From: Syncephalis fuscata S228
Lineage: Eukaryota > Fungi > Zoopagomycota
NCBI GenBank assembly: GCA_025786725.1
Contig: JAHLTZ010000015.1
Coordinates: 62,001 to 126,000, forward strand
Direction of reading: 5' to 3'
DNA: 64,000 nucleotides
In this document: piece after piece, positions 43,075-55,545 of the stretch
Numbering within the stretch: the first letter of the stretch is position 1
How the letters are laid out: every line of letters begins with the position of its first letter
The notes under the pieces: model-generated
The model's input: the letters and a program-made list of their open reading frames with translations, nothing else
What the model was told of the DNA's origin: nothing
The model's database searches: none
Translations under genes and position numbers: made by a program

Positions 43075-43714
43075 ATGGACTGGAATGAATATATTAATCG
43101 CTTAACGGAATCCGGTGTTATAAAACATGCAGCTATATTCAGTCTAGAAAGCCAGCTACTTGCTGCATCTCTTAATTTTAATGTAAGCCATTCATTACAA
43201 TTCAATACATTACGTGTAGCGTACCATGTGTACGTTTCATATGTATTTACGGCAAACAATTTATTCAACTATGTTAGTTAGTGCTATTGACCGTACACTT
43301 GCTTTAATATTGTTATTGTGTAATAATCACGTATTCTGATATAATTAGATTGACGTGGATGACGTCAAGAGATTATTGGTCAGCTTCCAACATGTATCAA
43401 ACATCTACATAACGGATTTGATCTACTTGGAACTAAATATATACCGCTTTATTGTACCAAAACATTTATTTACGGCAAAAGTGTAGGTATTAATGGCTTT
43501 ATATTCGATCGCTAACCGGTATTTAGTCTAATAATAGTGCAATATTTGTAAAAACAAACACCATAATTATTATCAACTTATATGAAGCACCGAATAAAGA
43601 TCGTGAAGCTATTCGCATAGTTAATGGTGTGGCTGATTACTTGCGTAGCATTGATTTAGTAAGTCTATTAGTTCCCTACTAAATGGCTATTTATTTACTG
43701 CAACTATTTAGTAA
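43075..43714 (+). CDS. Divergent profilin-family protein; apparent frameshift near 43405
   Basis: MDWNEYINRLTESGVIKHAAIFSLE.../...NGFDLLGTKYI...FIYGKS/..AIFVKTNTIIIINLY...VNGVADYLRSIDL matches the profilin fold motifs (W..Y, AAI, G....G.KY, IYGK, KT, ADYL). Confidence 0.8.
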
Positions 43715-43819
43715 AAATAAGAAGAAGAATAGATTATTTGAAATGTCAAGTAGCGTTTATAGCTTTAATTTTAACTTATTATAATCTATTTATTTGATTA
43801 AATATTACTATAAAGCCTA

Positions 43820-44795
43820 TTATTGCTTTCGCATAGCTTTCCGTTTTGATTTAGTAGCGCGAATCTTGGATTGAGCTGCTTTTCGAACGGCTTTTGTATC
43901 ATATCTAAACTTTTTGTTGGTTTCTTCTTCCCTTTCTCTCTGGAATGTATAAATAGGATAAGTAGCAAATCTTTTAATTGTTTATAATCTTACAATTTTT
44001 CTAGTTGTGCTTGAATCTTTGTGGCTTCTGCCGCTTGTTCCTATTGAATAATTTAATATTGATCATAAACATATATAACTCATTGACTTACACGTTCGAC
44101 AGCCGCTTTTGCTCTTGCTTTGACTGATTGTCGTGCCACTTCATCTACACTTTCTTCATCGTTGATGTCGGTAATTACCGTGACCGTTGTTGTTGAAGTC
44201 TTGCCACTAAATGAAGCAGTACTTGGCTTTTGAACACTCCATGGGTCCTGCTCGCTAGTTTCTTCGGCTTCTTCTTCTTCTTCTTCTTTGTCAGATCCAG
44301 ACTCTTGCTCTTCATCGTTGGACTCTTCATCTTCATTATTGGGTATAAATTCTATATATATTTCCGTTAGAGATACCAACACATTTGAGTAAATAAAGCA
44401 TCTGTCTTACGTTTAGCATAAGCTTCATATTCATCTCTACGTTGCTGTGTCATTTCATCTTTCGCTTCTCGTCGCTATTAATACAGCATGATAAATAACA
44501 TATCTCTTGACGTTATTACATAGATTTACATACCATTTTACGCTCTTCTATACGTTCCAGTCTTTCTCGTTCTAGCGCTTTCTTTTTGCTAACGCCTTAC
44601 GATCCTGTTTTCTTTTTTGAAATCCGTCAAGAACGATCTAGCATTATAGTTAAGCATTTTGTTCATAGTATCCGTTTGCTACGCTTACTTTCGCACATCA
44701 TCGTCAAATTTGATTTCTTGGATCTGTTCTTGTCGTTGCTTGCGTTTCTTTGCATAGGTGCGTGCACCAGCCGTAAGAATCTGCGCGTTATCCAT
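43820..44795 (-). CDS. RRP17: Rrp17/NOL12 (Nop25) pre-rRNA processing protein
   Basis: NAQILTAG, EIKFDDDVR..FLTDFKKRKQDRK, TTTVTVI and C-terminal KKFRY.TKA.RK. Confidence 0.88.
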
Positions 44796-44918
44796 AATCG
44801 TAACCGTACACTTGCTACAACTATTGGAAAGCGAGAAGAGAAAAAGACGGTTGTATTTTTTTCTACTATTGTTTGTGAATTCACGCCATTTCGTCACAAT
44901 AGCCACAATATACACACT
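44796..44918. promoter_or_regulatory. Short divergent promoter region between RRP17 and ARD1
   Basis: ATGs at 44795 (-) and 44919 (+) are 123 nt apart. Confidence 0.55.
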
Positions 44919-45716
44919 ATGAATATTCGCCGGGCTACAGTAAGTACAAGCTAGACGCAATTACTGCCTACTATACTTTGTATATATGTCTAACAATACT
45001 TTTAGATCGATGATCTACCAGGAATGCAACACTGCAACCTGATGAATCTACCGGAAAACTATCAGTTAAAATATTGCAAGTATTTCACGTAATACCAGTA
45101 GATAAATAGACTTATATATCAGTCTAGATTTATACCATGCTCTTTCATGGCCACAACTCTCGTATGTAGCAGAAGACCATCGTGGCCATATTATCGGCTA
45201 TGTATTGGCTAAAATGTACGTTATAAATATAGTTACCACTTATATTACTGCTAACTATTCATCTAATAGGGAGGAAGACGCCAAAGATGTCTCACACGGC
45301 CATATCACCTCGCTTTCTGTTATGCGTAGTTATCGTCGATTGGGAGTAGCCGAGAAACTAATGCGACAATCTCGTAAGTCTAACCAATAGTCTAGAGATT
45401 GCTGTATCTAATATCAAGTATTTATAACTGTAGAACAAGCTATGGTCGATTGCTTTGATGCTAAATATCTATCGCTACATGTACGTAAAAGTAATCGAGC
45501 AGCATTAACACTTTACCGTGATACATTAAAATTTGAGTAAGTAGTAATAGATAATATTAATATTAATACATTTTATTACAACACAGTAATTAACTACGTA
45601 TTATTAGAGTGAACGACATTGAAAGTAAATACTATGCTGATGGCGAAGATGCCTATGCCATGAGGTGCGATCTATCTTTCTTAAAACGTTCCAATGATGG
45701 CACCGTTACTGCTTAA
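44919..45716 (+). CDS. ARD1: NatA catalytic N-terminal acetyltransferase Ard1/Naa10, 6 exons
   Basis: [69 protein letters not shown] and [12 protein letters not shown]. Confidence 0.97.
45076..45127 (+). other. Non-canonical GC-AG intron in ARD1
   Basis: AAA TAT T|gcaagt...tctag|AT TTA TAC restores the invariant KYYLYH. The nearby GT at 45080 would shift the frame. Confidence 0.85.
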
Positions 45717-46074
45717 TTCATTACATTTACGGTATTGACTGCCTGTAGAAAACAACACTACACGCATGAATAAACAAAACAATGGATCCTTAATTCAACT
45801 CGATTATGTGATGTGTGTGTGTATATATGTTGATGATGCATGGATGCATTGGGACGATGAATCATTCCCACCAATACCTTTTCTCCTCCTTGATCTCTTT
45901 CGCCTTCGTCGCATATATACTATTTACCATTGTTGTTACTCTACTGTTGACCCAGACTTACATCCGTTAAAAATAACCATTATTTTGGCTGTGGCCACTA
46001 TATTAGTAGTTCAGAAGCTTATTACAACTACTAGTAAAAGCACTGGTGTTAATCATCGTTGGCCGTAAGACGCG

Positions 46075-49000
46075 ATGAGGTAAGCGCGAATATCCGCTAT
46101 GCCGGAGAGACGATAGTATATGAACACAGCTGATGTTCGTTTACTTGCTACTTTGCCTTTCCAGTGACGACGGCAAGCCCGATACGACTGGCTCATCGGT
46201 CGATCGGCCGCATTTAGCCAATATTATGCTTGATTTTGGCTATAAATGCTGTTCTTCGCCCACGGCTATCCGCGATCTCTTTTCGCACTACGATGTGAGC
46301 GAGTCAAACCCGTTGCCAGTCGAGGAGATTGCTCGTATTTTAGGAATGATGGCTCGGACACACGTGAGCCTAGAGGCCACTACAGGTGTAGATGGCGCTT
46401 TGGCTAAAACGTGGAATCCAACTATATTTGCCAGTGCATTGGCTGAAGTGGTAAGTTACAGTGAGGTGGACAGCATATTGTCTATTATAACTACAGCGAC
46501 TTTATGGTTAATGTGTTGATATTAGCAACCAAGCCTCGATTGGGACAAGGTTTTGGAGTGTTTGGACTATCCGGATTTTATGATATTTGACCAAGATGGG
46601 CTCTTTTTAGTAGCTAATGCTTATCGCACAGGCTGTAAAGTAAGCATGACTCATACTAGTGCATCAACAATAACTTGTTACTAACTACTAACTATAACTG
46701 TGTAGGATAACCGTCCATTGCCAAACTCTTTACTATTGAAAAACTGGGAAAATCGACGTGGCCATTATAGCTTATTGAAAAATGCTATATTCTGTTCACC
46801 AGATTTGGCTGATTTTGCATCTGATGCATCTGAAAAGATTTTACAACCAGACGATGGATTTGAATTAAATGCCAATATGAAAGCCATGGCTGTTACTTTA
46901 TCCTCTCATAAATGGAATTCAATAGCACTATTTGAGACATTAACGTCATTTCATGATACGGAAATGGCTGGTGATCTACGCTCTTTACTAGAGAAGATGG
47001 CCAAAATGTCGGCCGAACTGGTGTTTCTTGGATTACTGCAAGTGGATGTAAGTACCTGTGTGTTACCTGTATGCATTCATTCTAATGCGCTGCATATATG
47101 CATAGAGAGAGAAATGGAGTGAATTGCACCAAGAAATGCTTTCAAAGCTACTATTTCTATTCCTTACTGGGCATCCAAACGCCAGTTTAATTCTATCACG
47201 TCTATGGACACTTAATGGCGATTTATTGATATCAGGCTTACTTGAAATGTATAAGAAGGATGCCAATTCTTTATCGCGTATTCTTGATATTGCCCAGGAC
47301 CTTAAGGTAGATAGCAAATATATTATCTGTATTTAATGTTTAAATACAGTTAAACTAACTGTTTGTCTTTATAGCTTATTACAACGTTATTAAGCGTAGA
47401 ATCGTTTGGATTTGCCATTGATTTAGCAGCACTCGCTTCACGTCGTGAATATTTGAATTTAGAGAAATGGCTGCAAAATTCAATTACCAAACATGGCGAT
47501 AGCTTTGTTGTAACTTGTTTGGCCTTTTTGAAGCAAAAAATGACTGAGGAAATATCACGGCAAACTCGAAATGTGCCATCGCAATCAGTGCCGTTATCGC
47601 TTGAAGTGAATGCAATTTTTCTTCGTGTTTTAGAGCGCAGGTATGGCTATTGCGCAACTATTTATTGACAATCTAACTTATTTGAATGATCTAGCACTAT
47701 GTCGCCTGAAAACAATAGCCACTTTAAAGAAATTCGCAATATATGCTTACAAGTGCATCCACGTCTTATGAACGTTGGTGCTGCATCAGAAGAATTGGCC
47801 AGTGGATCAGAAATGACCTTTTCCAAAGATGTAGACGATGAAGTTAATACACAATATGAACGCATTTATCGTGGCGACATGTCAATGGAAGCGGTAGTCG
47901 ATCTATTGACTCGTTTAAAGAATTCACCAGATCCATGGCAGCAACAAGTATTTGCCTGTATGGTGCATAATTTATTCGACGAATATCGTTTTTTTCCAAA
48001 GTATCCGGATAAGGAACTAGCTATTACTAGCGTCTTATTTGGATCATTAATTCGCTATCAATTAGTGTCTTACACGCCATTTGGCATTGCGTTACGCTAT
48101 GTATTGGATGCACTACGTAACCAGCCAGGTTCAAGAATGTTCCGCTTTGGTATACAAGCATTGGCGCAGTTTCAGTCTCGTTTAGCTGAATGGCCACCAT
48201 TTTGCGAGCATTTATTGCAGATTCCACATTTGCTTCAAGTTCATCCGGAACTAGTTCAATATGCTCGTTCTGTAGTATCAAATACCAATCAGCCTGCTTC
48301 GTTACCTCAATCGTTGCAACAACAACAACAAAAGCCACCGCATGTATCACCAATCACACATGCTGCTGCTACACCACAATCGGTCGGTGGCAGTAATATG
48401 GCTATGACGCCTGAACCGCATCTACCAGGACCATCTGGACCACCAGCACCGGCGCCGTCTATTCGTGGCCCTACTCAAGTGTTCAATTCAGTTCATGCCG
48501 ATAAAGACGGAGAAGAAATCCATACACCACCCGAACAGCTACAGGACTGTATTCTATTCAATATCAACAATTTGGCCGACAATAATTTAATGGAGAAGCT
48601 GAATGAATTACGTCAAGCAATTGAAGAGCCGGCATTTGCATGGTTTAGCCAGTATTTGGTAGTTAAACGTGCCAGTTTGGAGCCGAATCAACATGAACTT
48701 TACTTGAAGATGCTAGACATGCTAGAAAAGCCTGATTTGATTAAGAATGTACTTCGACAAACATTGTTTAATATTCGAATACTTCTCAATTCGGAGAAAA
48801 CTGTTGAATCATCGTCAGAACGTGCTCTACTTAAAAATCTTGGCTCCTGGCTTGGTGGTATGACGCTAGCTCGTAATATTCCTATTAAGCATAAGCATAT
48901 TGCTTTTAAGGATTTGCTGATTGAAGGCTACGACAGCGGTCGGCTTATTGTAGCCATTCCATTTGTAGCCAAAGTATTGGAACAAGGCAAACGGAGCAAA

Positions 49001-52000
49001 GTATTCCGTCCGCCCAATCCATGGCTAATGGGCATTCTTCGTCTATTGGTTGAATTGTATCATTTTGCCGATCTAAAATTGAATCTTAAATTTGAAGTTG
49101 AAGTGTTATGCAATGCATTCCAGATTAAAGTAGATGGTAAGTGATTTAGCATTACTAATTGGTCGGCTAACCTAATATAACATGGCATTTATAGATATTG
49201 AGCCGACTGCAATGCTGAAAGATAGGCCACCCAAAGAGCTATTGGACTCATTTACAGCAGCTGGTGCTGTGGATCCATTATCATTCGGCTTTCCAGCGCA
49301 GTCTAATGGCACTTCAGCCTCTTCGGCTCCATTGACTCAGCCGTTCCCATTGCCACAAGGATTGACGCAACAACAAGCACAAGCCATTTCCACCTCTCAA
49401 ATACCAGCATCTGGCGATCATCGTGGCTTTGCCAATAACACTAACACTAATAATAGCGCTAATCTTGCTGGACTTGATGATACAACAGCAGCAAGTATTG
49501 GCCTGTCTAATCTGGCTACATTCCTTCACTTTGATCCAAGCTTTTCATTGTTTATGGCCCAGCCTATGTTAAAGCGTATGTTCCATATTGCTATTGACAG
49601 AGCTATTCGTGAAATTATTGGACCAGTGGTTGAACGATCGGTTACCATTGCCGGTATTTCTACTCGTGAGCTTGTTGTTAAAGACTTTGCTTTAGAACCA
49701 AATGAGGATAAGATGCGACATGCTGCCCATGCCATGGTACGCAGTCTAGCGGGTAATTTGGCTTTAGTTACTTGTAAAGAGCCATTACGGGTTAATATTA
49801 TTAATCATGTACGCACATTACTACTTCAAAACGGCTATCACGAATCCAATTTGCCCGAAGATTTAATTAGTGTTACTGTGGAAGACAATATTGAGCTGGC
49901 CTGCTCTATTGTTGAACGAGCTGCTGCTGAGAAGGCAGTGCCAGAGATTGATGACATTCTTTCTACATCGTTTAGTAATCGCCGCAAACATCGCGAGGTA
50001 AGTGTAAGCAATGGTACAATTAATGAAATATAATAACGTATATATATATATAATGTTATTAGCGTATGGGCCAGCCTTATTATGATATGACGGCATATTC
50101 TGCATCTCGTTATCCAGCCAACTTGCCAGATCCACTACGACTTAAACCTTCTGGCTTATCGGCTGGTCAATTGCGTGTTTATGAAGAATTTGCCAAAATT
50201 GTATGTGATATTACAGCTTAATAAGTTATGACTAATCTTTATTACTATTATTCTAGTACGGCGCAGCTGGTCCAGATATTATGAGTGGAGGCAATACTGC
50301 TGCTGTTGCTGCCGCCGCTTCATCACAGTCTATGCAGCTACAAGCACAGCAACAGCTTCAAATGCTACAGTTGCAATCACAATCACAATCCAGTGCTCAT
50401 GCACAAGATCCATATCGTGTATCAGCCGATGAACAACAAACTTTAGAACGTTTTGCTGTAAGTGATTTAAACTAATCATTTATTATTTCTTTTATTCATA
50501 TGTTTTAATGTTTAGCAATATGTTGCCGAGTTGGATAGCAAGATTAATGCTAATGCTGATATACCATGGAAGAAATTACCAGTTCATCATGATATTAACG
50601 TACTAATGCGACAAATCTCATTACTGGCCGGCCAGTCACGCCAACGAGACGATGTAGCATTGACCTTTTCGCAAAAAGTGGTTCAATTGCTATACAAGAA
50701 CGATTTGAATTGTCGCGCGATGTTTACGTGATGCTTTTGGAGCATTTATGTAAAATATCCGTCAAGGTCAACAAAGAAGTTACCGCATGGCTTTTATATG
50801 CTGATGATGAGGTAATGATATAATGTATATATATATATATAGTCGATCAGTACTAATAATCTAATAATAGCGCAAATATAATGTACCCGTCACAGTTGCA
50901 TTAATTAGAGCAGGCCTAGTTCATGTAACCGAATTGGACGTTCAATTAGCCAAACTAATGGAAGCCAATCGACCAGCGGCTATTGAATTTGCTGCCAAAC
51001 TAGCCCGTCAATGCCTGTTTGATCCACAACAGCCATGTGCAACGCGTAACCAATTTGCCAACACGCTAGCTTCATTGGCACGAATTGCCCAACGTGGTAA
51101 TGTATCTGAAACGTAAGTTATCTCTTATATATCTCTTTACTTATTAGTATATCTCTAACACCATTACATTTAGTGTTGAAGAATTGTTAAAAGAAATCAA
51201 GTCAGGTCCTTCTCAGCCTAGTGATTTGTCCATGGCTGCCATGACCACCCAAAACGGACAGTTAACTGTCGGTGGTGATTCCATGTCCAGTATACGCGAT
51301 CAACTTGTGTTTATATTCGGTGAATGGGTGCGTCTCTATCAACATCCATCATCTAATGAAAAATCGCTTAATGCATTTGTTGATCAAGTAAGTATTAATT
51401 GCTTAACGTTGAAGTGAAATAGTTTATTTACATTAATGTATCTAGGTTCAACAACAAAATATTCTACAAGATGAAAATACATTTTCACTCTTTTTCCGTA
51501 TTAGTATTGAATTGGCCACAGAGATTTACCAGAAACAATCTACGGTACCAAGCAGTTCAAGCCAGGCCGCCTATCAACCAGTGGATGCCAATGCGAAATT
51601 GATTGCCCTTCTTGTCAAAACATTTAACGAAGAAACTGGCGGTATTAGCCGAGCTGCTTATTTCCGTAAAATACTATCGATTATCGTTCTAGTGCTAGTG
51701 AATGAGCACGAACTACGTCGACAGGAATTTAACCAAAAGCCATTCTTCCGTTTACTAGTTGGCCTTTTGACCGAGTTGAACTCCGGCGATACTCTGTCGA
51801 ACGATGAACATTTTGCACTATTACAAGCATTTAGGTAAGTCTATAGTTAATGTATTGAAAGTAATTAATTATAATGTTCTAGTGAAACATTCCACACTTT
51901 GCGACCATCTTTCTTGCCTGGATTTACATTTGCCTGGGTATCGCTTATTTCACACCGGCTATTTATGTCCAAGTTACTATTGGCACCAGATCGTCGTGTA

Positions 52001-53168
52001 AGTTGAATATAATTATCGCTACTTGAATATAATACTTACATTATGTACAGGGATGGCCAATTGCTCTTGAGTTGCAAATGGATCTATTCCAGTTCTTGTA
52101 TCCCTTCTTGGAACACGTAGAGATGAGAGATAGTACACGATTACTATACAAGAGTGCACTACGTATTCTGCTTGTTTTGTTGCACGATTTCCCCGATTTC
52201 CTCAGTGCCTATCATCTTACCTTCTGTGACAACATTCCTGTAGTGTGTATCCAGTTGCGTAACTTGATTCTAAGTGCATTCCCCCGTGATATTCGCCTAC
52301 CTGATCCATTTATGCGCAATTTGAAGGTTGATTTATTACCAGAAGTAAACCAGGCACCGATTATTCTATCCGATTATACTGGCCTATTAAGCAGCACTGG
52401 GCTTAAAGAAGATATCGACAATTATTTGAAGACACGTTCGCCTGTTTCATTCCTACTTGATCTACGTAGCCGTCTTACGATAGAATCATCGTCTACGGCA
52501 GTGGCAACGAGCACATCCGACCCATTAGCACCGACTACCGAGTCTACAACTACTGAGACTACCTCCATTCGCTATAATATACCTATGATCAATGCACTAG
52601 TTATGTATATAGGTATTCAAGCTGTAGCCCACCTTCATCACAAGGGACAAGAGGGTGTATCGCCAATTACTCATAGCGTACCTATGGATATCTTCCAACA
52701 GCTACTTATCGACATGGATCTAGAAGGTAAGTAATTACATGTTGTTTATTAACCAACCACGCTATACGCTTTTATTAATCAATATATCTATATATCTATT
52801 AATTATAGGACGATATCTGTTTATCAATGCCATTACTAATCAACTACGCTATCCTAATAGCCATACACACTATTTCAGCTGTGTATTATTATATCTATTT
52901 GCCGAGGCCAATCAAGATATTATTAAAGAACAAATTACACGGTAAGTTAATAATATTATAAATCAACAATTTTACTAACAATAACCATAATTATAGTGTT
53001 TTATTGGAACGTCTTATTGCTAATCGTCCTCATCCATGGGGCTTAATGATTACATTAATCGAATTAATGAAGAATCCATGTTATAAATTCTGGGATCATC
53101 CATTTACGCGATGTGCACCAGATATTGAACGACTATTCCAGTCAGTAGCACGTAGCATTAACATTTAA
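46075..53168 (+). CDS. NOT1: CCR4-NOT scaffold Not1/Cdc39 (CNOT1); apparent 1-nt frameshift near 50704
   Basis: [85 protein letters not shown] and RPHPWGL. Confidence 0.97.
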
Positions 53169-53370
53169 TACAAGGATACTATTTATCCTACAATGAAGGA
53201 TACAAAATAATGGCTACAACAACAATTGCAACTATCATTTCCAGTACTGTTTGCATTCTATTATTGTTTTGAACCACGCACTTTTTTAAACACTTGCATA
53301 AATAAATCGAATTGCTAATCAACTATTATTACTGTTCTTATATTATAACTATTTGCTACTACTATTAATA

Positions 53371-54833
53371 CTATTGAATACGAGGTAATGGTAATCGTGG
53401 TTTCTTGGGGCGATTTGATGTCTCTTGTAAATCCACTGGTAATGGTTTTGCACCTAATCCAAGTAGACGTGGTCGTTGTTCAGTGCCAATGGTGGTTGGA
53501 TTACTATTACAAAATAAGTAGACAATTCACTATATAGCCATATGAATTACTTACCGATCTCTATGACCACGTCCAATACCTTGACCCTCTTTCCATCCCA
53601 TACCACGCAATAAAGCAGCACCAAATTCTTCAACTGGTACATCTTCGTAATCCTCTAATGTACTCTATATAAATAAAAAGTTAGTCATTCCTATTTATAC
53701 ACAATATGTGTGTATATAGAATATACAACTTACAGAATCTGGACAATTTGCATATTCATCTCTAAACGCATCTACTTCTAATCGATGTCGATCTTCAGCG
53801 TTAATATTATTCATATTGGCATCCGACATGGCTATAACAAGCTTTGATTTACTACTATTTTCATCTTCATCTTCATCTTCACTATTATTCATCTTTTGTG
53901 CATCTATATTATATACATTAATATACTATCTATTAATTTGATAATAAATATGACTTACCTGAATATAACGCCTTAATTGCTTGTTCTTCAATAGATAATT
54001 CCACTTTAGACACCTCTTTGTCTAATGACTCTGATACCACTGATACCACTTCATTTGATACTATTTCACCTTGATCTTCATTAATTAACTTTTTCTTTTG
54101 AGTTAATTGTAATCCAAATGCTGTATTTTGTACAACACGTTCTACAGCACCTTGTACAGGTGATAATGTAGATGCAGTGGCAGCTGCTTTTGACCCACTT
54201 AATGTACTGCCTAGTAATCGGCGTTTCATTTCTTCTCTCCAATCTTTATTTTTGACTGCTTTAATAACTAATGGACCTTCTGGTTCCTCAACTGGATGTA
54301 ATCTACATAATCAATACTATTAGATACAACAACAACAACACCTATTATTATTATTTAATATTACAAAACACTTACCGTTGTGCTTCATTGCCTTCAAATC
54401 CAGTTAATGCAATCACTTGGTCCTTCTTTTCATGAATACTAGCGTCTTCGTCGTCTTCGTCGTCTTCATCCGTACGACGACGACGTTTTCTATTACTGGC
54501 GCTGTTACTTTTAGATGCTGCAGCAAATACTGAAGACGATGCCAGTATCGGTTTACGATTCTTGTTCAAGTTTAAATTAAATCCAATCTTTTTTGTTGTT
54601 GTTTCCAAGCTATTCAATGTATTACTATTGCTACTACCGCTACTGCTATTGCTACTGTTGATATTGGCGGTATTATTGTTGTCGTGTTTATTATGGTCAT
54701 TATGGTCATTTTGGTTGTCAGCAGACGTGGTTGCCGTTAGTTTATCCTCATTGCTACTACTGCCACCACTTTTACTTAGTGTAAAACTAATCTTGGCCGT
54801 AGTTCCTGGCCGTATACGCTTCCCACCATACAT
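53371..54833 (-). CDS. SPP2: Spp2/MOS2-type G-patch splicing factor
   Basis: G-patch [26 protein letters not shown]...RPRLLGLGA, plus ALTGFEG and [13 protein letters not shown]. Confidence 0.88.
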
Positions 54834-55290
54834 AGTGCAATCCTAATGTAATAGACCACGACAATAGCAAGACTAACAGTGTAATGAAAGGTGTGAAACG
54901 AGGTTGGCCATTACTAAAAAACGAATAGTCTACTATTTTGTAACCACTTTCTCTCATCACACTACAGACACAAAGATTGTCACATCTAGTTACAGATTGC
55001 ACACTTCTACTTACTTCTCTTATTGCCTTGTCTATTCAATATAGATCAGCTTAATAGCCTGGTCTATTTTTAATAGAGACAGGGGTGTCAATACAAAAGT
55101 ACACTTAACTATTAGAAGGATAGTCTTGTACTTCTCCTTCATCCTATTGACTTGTCCACACCTATTTATTAGGTAAAGCAGGCACTGTAGAAATACTCAT
55201 CTACAGTCCTTGCACTTATCGTTTGATTAACGTCTTGACTATCTATTAAGTTCTTTTCTACTCTTCTTCTTCTTTTGCTCTACACTTTGC

Positions 55291-55310
55291 GTGTGTGTGT
55301 GTGTGTGTGT
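55291..55310. repeat. (GT)10 microsatellite
   Basis: Read directly, upstream of SGF73. Confidence 0.85.
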
Positions 55311-55545
55311 TTGTGTGTAGTCGCCTATACTTGGTGGTGTTTACACCTTAGTAGTGAGCGTGTGAGTGAAGTCTATTATTGTTACGGAAATAATCTCCGA
55401 TATCTACTTGTCAGTAGTAGTCTATTCAATAGTAGTGCTATTATTATTATTGATAGTAGTACTCTACTCTACATGATACGCACGAGTATTATTCGGTTGG
55501 TATAGTGTTGGCTAGTTATCAGTACCGAATACATCTTATAACATC

